Assembly: GCA_028534125.1 (NCBI GenBank)
Contig: CM052818.1
Coordinates: 3,226,001 to 3,290,000 of the forward strand
DNA length: 64,000 nt
Source: Lama glama
Taxonomy: Eukaryota
Direction: 5' to 3'
The notes beneath the pieces were generated by a model that saw nothing but the letters and a program-made list of their open reading frames with translations, ran no database searches and was not told where the DNA came from. The position numbers were made by a program, and so were the translations under genes. The first letter of the stretch is position 1. Every line of letters begins with the position of its first letter. Positions 1-10,760 of this stretch are shown piece after piece.

Positions 1-540
1 CGAGCGGGCTAGGCTCCCGCTACTGCCTTTCGGCCCTTTGCCCACTTGGTGCAGCCGCCGCGCCCGCGCTCTCCGGGGGCGGCCCCCAACCGGGCCCCGC
101 CATCTTGGAAGGCCTTTCCTGCCGGGTGTCGAGCCGCGAGTTTTCTCCCTAAAGATAGGTCGCCGGGGCCATCGGTGTGCCAGTTGTGATTTCTGCCCCT
201 TCCCCTTTCCTTCGGCTAAGCCAGGCAGAAAAGACCTTGTGCGCGGCGTGCTTCAGGATCCCTCAGGGAAAGCGGCCAACGTGGCGGCCCCTCCATTCCT
301 CCTTCCCCCCTTTTCTCCCTCCGGGGGTGGCCGCCATGTTTCCTGAACACAAAATGGCGGCACGTGGCCCGGATTCCTCGCCAACGAGAAATTGGGGTCG
401 ACCCGAAAGCTCTAGAACGCGTACCCGCGACCCCACCCCGGCACCCCGTGGTGGTGGCCCGGGGCCTTCTCGCGCTGCCAGTGCTCTTGACCAGACAGAT
501 AAAACCCCTCAGGGTAGTCCAAACCTCGGCAGGCGAATAT
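1..540. promoter_or_regulatory. CpG island / probable (bidirectional) promoter, truncated by window start
   Basis: Very GC- and CpG-rich, with an abrupt fall to AT-rich sequence after ~540. GC box GGGGGCGG at 75-82. YY1 motifs CCGCCATCTT (97-106), CCGCCATGTT (331-340) and AAAATGGCGG (351-360). E-box CACGTG at 361-366. Confidence 0.85.
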
Positions 541-894
541 TAATACATTTATTTCACTAATCGGAAATGGGAATGCGAGTAACTAAAATATAGGCATCAT
601 ACCGAATCTGTCTCTTATTTCAAGTTTAATAATGGATGATCAGGAGGTCAGTACCAATGCATAATCTGGGTCCCCAGAACCAAAACATTTAGGAATTGAT
701 TCTGCGAGAAATGAGATGGGAAATGAAAGCTTTTTAGACTTCTAGCATAGGCTATTGTGCTGGAGAGATAAAGAAATGGTATTATAAAGCTTCTTTAAAA
801 AAGAATTTCCATGATACCTGTGAGCTTTTCACTGGCCAGCTGGCCCGTGAACCTAAGTTTACCGTAATTGTTAACTTGTAGGCTAGAAGGGGCA

Positions 895-1095
895 GACGTT
901 TACATTTACCACCGCCAGATCCTGTGCTAGCCATTTTACCGCATAATGTCTTTAATTTTTTACAGTGATCCTCTGAGGTACTTGTTCTCTCTCTCTTTTT
1001 TTAACAGACGAAATCACTTAGGCCCAGAGAGGTGAAGTGACTAATTGAAGGTCACACAGTATCGAGGATGGAATCCAGACCTGATATACTTAATT
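895..1095 (-). mobile_element. MIR SINE
   Basis: MIR core in reverse: ...AGGCCCAGAGAGGTGAAGTGACTAATTGAAGGTCACACAG. Confidence 0.7.
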
Positions 1096-2134
1096 GGTGA
1101 GCACATTTCCACATGTTTCTCTAAGTCAGAGTTTTAGGATTTAAATGCTGTTTGGACATTTAGGTGAGCTAGTCCATTTAAAGGAACCCCTCAGATAATT
1201 TTTTGTGGCATAGTTACCCCCGGTTTGTATCTGTCTGGGGATTCCCAGTTTTTCCTGGTGTGAGCTATACCTACCTGTAAGGGGCTCAGCTGCCTTTTTT
1301 TTTTTTTTTTATGTGAGGTGTCTGGGTGAGGACAGAGAGGAAATGATTCAGCTCTGCATAAAGGCTCAAGTATCTGTCAGTCTGGCCTTGTCTGAGGCAC
1401 ATTTGAGTCTACCTGTTTCTGTGGGAGCAGTTTCTCTATGTGACTCAGTTGCTTCCTTCACCTATTCATAGGCATGGGCATGACTTCCACCTTCCCCACC
1501 CCAACATCCACCCAGGTAAAAATAAACAAATTTACTCTGGTGCCAAGACTCCATTTCTCTGCAGATAGTGACAGAGCAGACAGAATGTTAGATAAATCAT
1601 GGTCTGTGGACTTTTCTGTTCAATGTGACAAATAATTTGTGGGCCAGGCAACAAATATGTGCCTAAATGGTGCCATACTTGTATGGGTGCTAAGAGATGG
1701 AGAGAAGGGCTTTTTGCTTCCTTTAACTTATGTTAATATCATACATTAGACTTTCCAAAGTGCTTTCACGTTACCTTATATAATCCTACAGACAACTTTA
1801 ATAGGTAGGTGCGTAACAGCAATAGTGACAGTAATAGCACTTAAGTGTTTACTTTGTACCAGGCACTGAACCTTTATTTTGTAATTGATTCAGTGGCTCT
1901 CACATTTTTGAAAGAAAATCACCCTAAGAAATATATTTTACATAGCAACTCAAACATATATGCACACACATATATAAAGGAAAAAAAATTTTTGCAAAAC
2001 AGTATTTTTCCTACGTGCATTGTATTCTGGTAAGTTCTGTTCTCTTCTTTACATTTAAAAACAAATGGCACACGTCAAACTAAAGAGATGAAAAACCCAT
2101 TATTAGGTTGTGACTAGTATGAATAATGTATACA

Positions 2135-2295
2135 TTTAAACCTCACAAAACCTCCTGAGATAGGGTGATGTTATTTCCATTTTACAGAGGTTATGGAGAG
2201 GTGAAGGATTTTGTCTGAGGTCACACGGCTATTAACTGGTGAAGATTTGAATCTAGGCAATTTGAGTACAGAGCTTACATACTTAACCACTAAGT
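2135..2295 (-). mobile_element. MIR SINE
   Basis: CCATTTTACAGAGG...GAGGTCACACGGC...TTTGAATCTAGGC...CTTAACCACT. Confidence 0.7.
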
Positions 2296-2734
2296 TAGAT
2301 GTGATCTCTGCAGAGGGCCTTATCTTGTAAAGAGACGGTTAATATTAGTAAATGTTAAAAACTCAGGAGACAACAAAAGGACTAAATTACATATAATCAA
2401 GAATTACCTCAGTTCAAAGCATTCTGGTCGTCTAAATCTGCCACCTATTTCTTGTCCCTAAAAAAATTTTATCCACTCAGTCTTTCTTCCCAGGACTGCC
2501 TATTTTAAGCTTTTTCTGCCAGCAGTATTTCCTTAATTTCTTATCTGAGTTATCTCCTGGACTCTACTCCCCTTCTCAGTGAAGCCTTCCCTTTCTCAGC
2601 TCTCAGCACTGCCCCCATCAGGCCCCTCCCTTGGGTAGCCTACATATGGCTGTTGATTAAATTGTAATGTGTCTTGGTGTTGATAATGTGTTGTGGGGGC
2701 CGTGTGTGCCTTGGGTGACCCTGAAATCTGACAA

Positions 2735-2900
2735 AAAGGCACTGGACTTGGAAATTGGTGAATCTGGCCTCTAGCTCCAGTTCTGTCACTGATTAGCTTT
2801 GAGACTTCTACAAACCAGTGCATGTATCTGGGCCTTAGTTTTCCCATCAGTAAAGCAAGAGATTAAATAATCTGTAAGACCCCTTCTAATTCTATTCAGA
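2735..2900 (+). mobile_element. MIR/MIR3 SINE
   Basis: GCACTGGACTTGG...CTGGGCCTTAGTTTTCCCATCAGTAAAG. Confidence 0.6.
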
Positions 2901-3264
2901 GAGTGATGATATTTGATGACTTTGTTTATTTATCCCTAGGAGGGAGGGTTGTGTAAATGTTTTACTCACTTATAGTAAATTTGCCACTCCCTTCCTCAGA
3001 CCTGCACTATCTTGTGGATATGTGAGTGAATTCTACACCACCCATTTTACAGATGAAGCCACTGAAATACAGAGCAATAGTCACCACCCCGCCCCTGGAG
3101 CCTCACACATGACTCTTCTCCCACTTGAGCGTCTGACTGCAGGTTGGTTAAAGGGTTTAACAAGGTTGGGAAGTTGAGTCAGGGTTAGACTTTGGAAATG
3201 AACCACAAGAGTTTTGCTTCCTCTTACCTCACGTTAGCATGTGGTATAAAACCGTTCAAAGTGA

Positions 3265-3425
3265 TTTCACGTTATTTATTTAATCATCACAGTCAACTTC
3301 GCCAGGGAGATACTATTATGCCCATTTTATGAAAGAACCATCTTTGGATCAGAGTAGTGAAGTGACTTGCCCAAAGTTACACAGCTGGTTTAGGGCCTGA
3401 GCTGGGCCTCTTGACTGCTAGTTGT
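3265..3425 (-). mobile_element. MIR SINE
   Basis: TATTATGCCCATTTTA...GTGAAGTGACTTGCCCAAAGTTACACAGCTGG. Confidence 0.7.
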
Positions 3426-4562
3426 GGATTGTTTCTTGGTTTCTGATGCTTGTGGCACTGACTTTGACAGATGTTATAAGTTAAACTCAAAATAGTTTTC
3501 CATGCGGTCTTTATTTTTCTGTCCCAGAACATCCAATTCACTTATACTAGGTTCCTGACTTTCCTGGTTAAAGAGAATCTCCTTCTTTTTCTCTAATATT
3601 TACATTTATGGGTTTGGGAAGTGGTGGGAATGAGACCAAGTTCCCTGGGGGCAGGGACCACCTTTTTTTATTTTTAATCCCCAACCTACCTGGCCAAGCA
3701 AATATCTTACAACTTTTTAAATCTGCCCTATCAACACGCAGCATTTTTTCCCCACAAACATGGTTTCTTTTTCTCTTCTGCCTTCGGATTTAGCTTCCCA
3801 TTTCTCTTTTACTTAAAATTATTGTAAATTGAAAGGACCTTTCCCTGTTACTTTCCAGGATGCTACAGAGTGCAGCTTAGAAACATATCTTACCCACTTT
3901 GTGGATAGTAGCAATTTGACCTCATATGCTAGTGACCCTGCACTGCTGTTGGGGTTCACTACTTGGTTTCCTCAGAAACAGCAGAAATATGTTCGTGTGT
4001 TTTATAGAAATGAGCAAGAGATACAGCAACATCCTTGGCCTTTTGGCAAAGTCCCAAGTTGCCAAATTGCAAGGTGAAGGGCAGGGGGTGGTATTCCAGG
4101 CAGAGGGAGCTCAATCCATTTAGAATTTGTAGCAATTTCAGGAAGATATGAAGGATGTTTGCTTGATCCAGTTTTTGGTGATTATTCTACTGTTTCAAAA
4201 GTGTCGATTATTGAGACCTGACTATGTTTGCTAGAGTACAGAAAGTTAAAATCGTTTTTTTTGTAGCAATAGTTCTCTTTTAAGATGAAGACACTGGAAA
4301 TCACACTTCTTATCTAGAGATTTTTGAGGACAAAATGTAAATAAAGCACAGACTTTAAATTAGCAAATAATTAACCCTTTGTGCAATAAAAGAAAGAAGC
4401 TACAAGACATACCATATCCCTTTCTCATCCAACTTTTGGATTTGATTGTGTTCTGCTTTGTTTGTAAAGGGTTATGTGTGGAAATTTAAGGTCTTTGTTT
4501 AGCTGGTTAGGATGTTTGAGTTAGGGAGGAGGGAAAGGAATTCAAAAATAATTGCCACTTTA

Positions 4563-4710
4563 GGGGGAGGGTATAGTTCAGTGACAGAGTGTGTGCTTAG
4601 CACGCACGAGGTCCTGGGTTCAATCCCTAGTACCTCCATTAAAAAAATAAACAAACCTAATTACCCCCCTCTCAAAATTGATAAAAAATAAAATAAAATA
4701 AAATTTAAAA
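4563..4710 (+). mobile_element. tRNA-derived SINE, camelid vic-1-like
   Basis: tRNA-like head with A box (TAGTTCAGTG) and B box (GGTTCAATCC), ACCTAATTACCCC tail motif and A-rich tail. TSD AATTGCCACTTTA (4550-4562) / AATTGCTACTTTA (4711-4723). Confidence 0.9.
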
Positions 4711-5039
4711 AATTGCTACTTTATGGCAGAACAACAACAACAAAAAACATGTAAATAGCTCATTTCTCTGATCCCGCCTGCTGAGCACGAGCAAGACTTG
4801 GTTAGGGACTTTGTTTCAGAGAGACAATTGCTTCAACAAAACAGAGCATTTGTTCAACATTATTCACTGTGTAAAGTCTGTTGTGTCCATGTCAAGAGTG
4901 TTGATTTTTGTTTTTTGAGACCCAGATATAGTTGCATTAAACAGAAACCTTACATGTATTCATTGGACAATACTGGGATTTTACCTAGATTAAAAAAAAA
5001 AACCGTGTTATGTGTGGATTAGGGAAGAACATGCTTAGA

Positions 5040-6360
5040 AAATAGAACGTAGATGCAGTGGTCATTTCTCAGTCATCTTCTTGACCTCTCAGTAGCATGA
5101 CACTCCCTTCTCACACGCTAGTTTCACTTGGCTTCCAGGATGCCACTCCCTTGGTTCTCCTTCTACGTCACTGGTCCCTTCTCAAACCTTCCTCCTGCCT
5201 CCTCCCAACTTTTTGGGGGCTGATTCCTTCTTATCTCCCCAGCCTCCAGTGATGGAGTACTCAGATCTGTCCTTGGATCCCCTCTCTGTCTACACTCATT
5301 TCCATTTAAATACCATTTATACCCTGAGAATTCTCAAGTATAGATTACTAGCTTGAGTGTCTTCCCCTAAACTCAGGTCTCCCCTTTTCAGCTGCCTACG
5401 GGATACCTCCGCTTGGGTATCGAATAGCTCCTTGAACTTAACATATTCAAAAGTTTATCTCTGGAACTTCTCTTCTCAAACCTGCATCTCTGGCAGTTCC
5501 TCCTCATCTCAGTTTCAGTTATATTGAGGACTCTCCCTTGACTCTGTTCTTTCTCTTAGTTTCATCATCCAGTCCACCAGGAGGCCCTGTGAGCTTTACC
5601 TTAAAATACATCCAGGGTTTGAACACTTCTCACCTCCTTCCTTGGTACTATTGGAATATCCTTCTAAATGCCTTCCTCCTTTTGCTGTTGGTTCCCTCAG
5701 TCTAATCTTAACAGTGACTAGAATAATCTTCTTAAGTTTATATCAAATCATGCCACTCTGCTGAAAACTGTCCACTGGGTTCTACCCAGATTAAAAACTA
5801 ATGTCCTTAAAGTGATCTATGAAGCTGCATGGGATCTTCAGTGTCACCCTCTCCCAGCTGCTCTGACCTCATCTTCTACCATTTTCCCCTTGTGCTCTAG
5901 CCACACTGGTCTCCTTGCATTGCTCCAACATGCCAAGCCTTGGGACCTTTGTAGTTGTTTTTTTCTGGAACATTTCTTCCAGATACCAGTATGGCTTCCT
6001 CCTTTACCTCCTTGAGGTTTCTGCTCAGCTGTCACCTAATCTGTGAAGCATTCCTTGACCAGCCTATTTAAAGTAAAAGTCATTTCCTGCTCTCTGCTTT
6101 CCCTCTTTCCCTTCCTTGCTTTAGTTTTCTTCACAGGACCTATTACCATTTGACATACTATTCATTCACTCATTTATTCATTACTCAGACATTTATTGAG
6201 TGCTGCCTATTGTGTGCCAGGCACTGATGTAGGGACTCTACCCATGTCTAGATGTCACCCATGACTAGAATGTAAATTTCACCCACTTGGTTTTGCTCAT
6301 TGCTATATCCCCACCTCCTAGAACAGTACCTAGCACATGGGAGTTGAATGAATAAATTTA
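5040..6360 (+). mobile_element. L2 LINE fragment (3' part)
   Basis: Pyrimidine-rich L2 motifs (CTTGACCTCTCAGTAGCAT, CTAGCCACACTGGTCTCCTTG). 3' end CTAGAACAGTACCTAGCACAT...GAATGAATAAAT. Confidence 0.8.
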
Positions 6361-6736
6361 TTCATTTTTAAACAAAAATGTATCGAATTAATAGGAGTTG
6401 TGTCCCAGATAATTAGAGAAGATCTGTATAAACAAGACATTGTTCCTGTCCTCAAGTTGCTCATTCTAAAAAACTCTTATTTTGAACTTAACAGTGCTGT
6501 ATTCTCTAGCAGGATAAAGTGATACATCATTTTGAAATTGGGGAGGTAAGGACTGCTTTGCAAGGGTGGGGATATCTTCGAAGTCCTGCTTTCTTAGGCT
6601 TACCAATAGTTTGCACTGTTTCTGGGAGGGCAGGATTAATGATAGCTCACTGCATTACTGGCTTTTTGGGTTACAACATCTGTTAAATCTTGTTAGAGCA
6701 AGAGTTTCTTAAAAATCCCGTTATTAGTCTTGGTTC

Positions 6737-7783
6737 TTTTTATTTAATTGAAGTATAGTTTATTTACAATGTTGTGTTAGTTTTAGGTGTACAGAAAAGT
6801 GATTTAGTTATATACTTGTATGTGTATGTATACATATATATGTATACTTTTTCAGATTCCTTTCCATTATAGGTTATTACAAGATACTGAATATAGTTCC
6901 CTGTGCTATACAGTAGGTCCTTGTTGTTTATCTATTTTATGTGTAGTAGCATGTATCTGTTAATACCAGACTCCTCATTTCCTACCCCCCTGCTTTCCCT
7001 TTGGTAACCTTAAGTTTGTTTTCTAAGTCTGTGAGTCTGTTTCTGTTTTGTAATAAGTAAGTTCATTTGGGAGAAGGGTACAGCTCAGTGGTAGAATGCA
7101 TGCCTAGCATGCATGATGTCCTGGGTTCAATCCCCAGTACTTCCCATTAAAAATAAGTAAATAAATGAACCTAATTACCTGTCCCCTCCAAAAAAGAAAA
7201 AATTCACTTGTATCATTTTTTGATTCCACATGTAAGTGATATATGATATTTATTTTTGTCTGATTTACTTAGTATGATAATCTCTAGGTCCATCCGTCTT
7301 GCTGCAAATGACATTTCATTCTTTTTTTATGGCTGAGTAATACACAATACATTGTGTGTGTGTGCGTGTGTGTGTATAATATTTTCTTTATCCATTCATT
7401 TGTCAATGGACTTTAGGTTGCTTGTATGTCTTGGGTATTGTGAATAGTACTACTATAAACATTGAGGTGCAGTTATCTTTTCGAATTAGAGTTTTCTCCG
7501 GATATATGCCCAAGAATGAGATTGCTGGATCATATGGTAACTCTGTTTTTAGTTTTTTAAGGAACCTCCATACTGTTCTCCAAAATGGCTGTACCAGTTA
7601 ACATTCCCACCAACAGTGTAGGAGGGTTCCCTTTTGTCCATGCTCTTTCCAGCATTTATTATTTGTAGACTTTTTGATGATGGCTATTTTGAGGTGTGAG
7701 GTGATACCTCATTGTAGTTTTGATTTGCTTTTCTCTGTTAATTAGTGATACTGAGTATCTTTCCACGTGCCCCTTGGCCATCC
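6737..7783 (-). mobile_element. 5'-truncated L1 (3'UTR + end of ORF2), interrupted by a SINE
   Basis: T-rich tail, then TTGAAGTATAG..TTTACAATGTTG L1 3' end and ORF2 C-terminal motifs. TSD AGTCTTGGTTC (6726-6736) / AGTCTTGATTC (7784-7794). Confidence 0.9.
7070..7200 (+). mobile_element. tRNA-derived SINE, vic-1-like, nested in L1
   Basis: GGGTACAGCTCAGTGGTAGA...CCTGGGTTCAATCCCCAGTAC...AACCTAATTACC. Flanked by AAGTTCATTTG / AAATTCACTTG. Confidence 0.9.
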
Positions 7784-8444
7784 AGTCTTGATTCCTTTGG
7801 GGAACTTCTAGGAACCTTCTATCATAGCCACTTCTCAGAATTAGTGAAGGAGTTTACTATCTTAACTTTCTTCCATATCTAAAAGTTCTTTTTCAGAGAC
7901 CCTGGCCATCTGCTTAATCAGCTGTTTGATCTGGAACCTCTCTGACCCTTAGTGTCTGTGACTGTCAAATGTTGATAATGGTAAATGACACCAATCTTGC
8001 TTCTTGTGAGGATTAAATGACTAAATAATATACTAGTTTTGAAAACAGGAGAGTGGAAAGGGGAAGGAGGTAGAAAACATTTTCTTTTTTTTCTTTGTTT
8101 AGTAAATACCATGTCTCTTTGATTTTGAAAAAAATTTAATAGGCATATGTTTCTTTTCTAATGAGAGTAGTGAAGATTTTATTTTTAAAGGCATAGGCTT
8201 CAGTGTTTTTTCTAGAGTCACTGGTTTATAGAAAATATTTCCTTGTCTCTCCACCCAGATACTTACCACTGTATCACGTGAGGGAAATGAAATACTAGAA
8301 CTCCACCGAAGGCTGCCCATTGAGCTGGTTGGTATCTAGGTAGGAAAACAACCGTTTCCCTTTAGGTGAAACTAGAACTCAGGAGGTAGTAGTATTTGAG
8401 AGAGGCTCAAAGGGTTGATGAGGATGATGATAACCTCAGCAGTA

Positions 8445-8945
8445 ATTGTAATGGTGAACCTTTATGCACCAGGCCCTGTGCTGAGCACCTTATAGGTATT
8501 GCCTTATTTTAACCACGTAACAGCCATATGAGGTGGTGCTGCGAGAAGCAGAGCAGCATAGACTCGGGTCAGACCTCCTGCACTGACATCTCAGCTTTGC
8601 TGCTAACTTGCCACGTGGCCTTGAATAAGAAAACCACTCCTCATTCTCCTCACCTGTAAAATGAGGGTAATGCTAGTATGTGTCTCATGAGGTGGTTGTG
8701 ACGATTCAGTAATGTAAGGCATGTAGAGTACTTAGCACAGTGCTTGGTCTGCAGAAAGTGCTCACCGCATGTCAGCTCTTATCATAATCAAAACAGTTGT
8801 TATCCTCACTTAACAGAAGGAGAAATGAGGCTTCAAGAGAGGAAGGTAATTTGCCTAAGTGACACAGCAAGTACCTGATAGAGCAGGAGTTTGTACTTCA
8901 GGCTGTCAAACTGCAGAGCTCTTGTTCTCAGCCATTATGGTCTCC
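8445..8945. mobile_element. MIR cluster (plus-strand MIR ~8545-8785 inside a minus-strand MIR)
   Basis: CTCACCTGTAAAATGAGGGTAAT...CTTAGCACAGTGC on +. TAACAGAAGGAGAAATGAGGC...CTCTTGTTCTCAGCCA in the reverse orientation. Confidence 0.7.
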
Positions 8946-9289
8946 CATCTTCATGGTTAAGGCGAAGAGGCTGGACAAGAACTGCATTTTGGGTTTGGAC
9001 CTCCGTAACCTTTACTTGTGCTCTTAAATATCTTATCACTATTACATGTTCTTGGTTATTCTCTCATTCTACCCCATATGCGAAGAAATGAATGAGTGAC
9101 GGGTTAGTTGTCTTCCACTGCTGAGGGGTTGGTTGTTCCTGGCCAGAGCCAGGAAATGAAGCTAAATAAACAGCTTTGTTCTTCCCAGTGCTCTTTGGAC
9201 CAGAAATAGGAGCTTGTCTGGTCTCTTTTGTTATTATGATTGTCTCTCTTCTTAATACAGCTGGTAATGTTGAGAAGCAGAGCAGTATA

Positions 9290-9575
9290 CCCACTGAGCA
9301 CTTTCTGTATGCCATGTATTTTACATGAATTCTCTCATCTAATCTTTAAAATAATCCTATAAAGTAGTCGAGATTTGCTTGACGCTACCACGTTGAGCCA
9401 GATGCTGAATGGCAGGCTTGGTGATGCCCTGGATGTTGTTGTGCAGAACCTTGCAGTGACGCTTAGCACCTCCGTTTCCTAGCCCCTTGCTGCGTCCAGA
9501 CATGTTGAATAAGAATGGAGAACTGCAGCTGACAGCCTCCAGAGTCCATGCTCTTAACCACACACTCCACTGCTT
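9290..9575 (-). mobile_element. MIR split by the H4 fragment (arms ~9290-9367 and ~9530-9575)
   Basis: Left arm CTCATCTAATCTTTAAAATAATCCTATAAAGTAG. Right arm CTCCAGAGTCCATGCTCTTAACCAC. The MIR core between them is missing. Confidence 0.7.
9369..9530 (-). pseudogene. histone H4 retro-fragment (putative 5'UTR + N-terminal part only)
   Basis: ATG at 9503 (minus) gives [45 protein letters not shown], against H4 [48 protein letters not shown]. There is a 3-aa deletion and CpG-type substitutions. The C-terminal half is absent. Confidence 0.95.
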
Positions 9576-10409
9576 CTAACCCTCATTTACCTGTGTAAAG
9601 CACGCAGTATGGGTCAGTACTACGGAACTTAGTAGGACCAGTCCTGCTGAACAATGGGACAATTTTAACTATTGGGCTAAGAATAAGGAGGCCTGCGATC
9701 TTGTCTTGACCTTGTCACCAACTTGCCACGTCCGGATTTCACTTTTCTTAGCCTTCTGTCCTCAATTAAACAAAAGGTTCACTCTGGATGGTCCTTCTAA
9801 CTCTGATGTTCTGTGGTAAGAAGTGAGGAGGGTAACACCTGGTCAGTTTCTTGATTTGGAGCATTGGTATTTGTGAAGTTTTAGGGAGCCTGGTTTGTGC
9901 AAAGATGCTAGATTTCAGGGCAGAGAATGAGCTGCCTTCTAGAAGAAGGTAGATCTGGGCTCTTTTTTGAAACTGGTTGCCAGGGGAACCTAGCCTCTGG
10001 CCAGCAACAGCCAGGAATGCTTTGGTTGAGGGTTGGGAACAGATAACTAAAACAAGCAGCACATTTAGGTTTCACTTTCCACCCCCACCCCCGTTCCCCA
10101 CAGCTACCTGCAAGTTTTATACACTTTCTATGTTAGGCACTGTTTTAAGTACTTTACAAAGTATCATATTATTTAATTGTCATAGTAATCTTATGAGATG
10201 GGTACTACTATTGTTCTAAATTTAAAGATAATGAGAGTGAGGCAAACAGATTTAACTTGTCCTCATTTACTCAGGCGGAAAGTGGTATCAGACGCACTGA
10301 GTTGTGCTACTGCCTGGTTGGAGCTTGGAAAAAAAATTCAGAGGGCGGACCTTTTTGTTATTTATTAGTGGTTTTTGTTTTGTTTGTTTTGTTTTGTTTT
10401 TGTTTTATT

Positions 10410-10760
10410 TAGAATGATAGACTCTTGGAGTTGGAAAGGGCCTTTGAGATAGCACAATTAATCTCCTTGTCTGCAGTCTGCCATTCAGTTACAGGAATGC
10501 TCTCCCTAGTCTCCTGACTGATGATCATTTAAATTCTTTTTGAATACTTCCATTGCTGGTAAGCTCATCACTTCTTGAGGAATACCATTATATTGTTGAA
10601 TAGCTCTCATTGGTAGAAAATTGTTTCTTGTTTTGAATTGAAATCTAGTTGAGATGACTTCTCATCTGTTATAGTCCTGTCCCCTGAAACTATACAAGGT
10701 AAATATAATCCATCTTCCACATGCCAATCTTGTGAGCTTTTGGAGACACTTTTCCTATTT
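10410..10760. mobile_element. CR1/L3-like ancient LINE fragment
   Basis: AGAATGATAGA..GAGTTGGAAAGGGCCTTTGAGAT and GCTCATCACTTC...GAATAGCTCTCATTGGTAGAAAATTG...GAAATCT resemble the L3 consensus. Confidence 0.55.

Noticed and set aside
38..560. ORFs of 102 and 127 aa in the CpG island
   Set aside because: They use non-ATG starts, have the Pro/Arg/Gly-rich composition expected of GC-rich DNA, and show no recognisable domain. I could not confidently name the associated gene.
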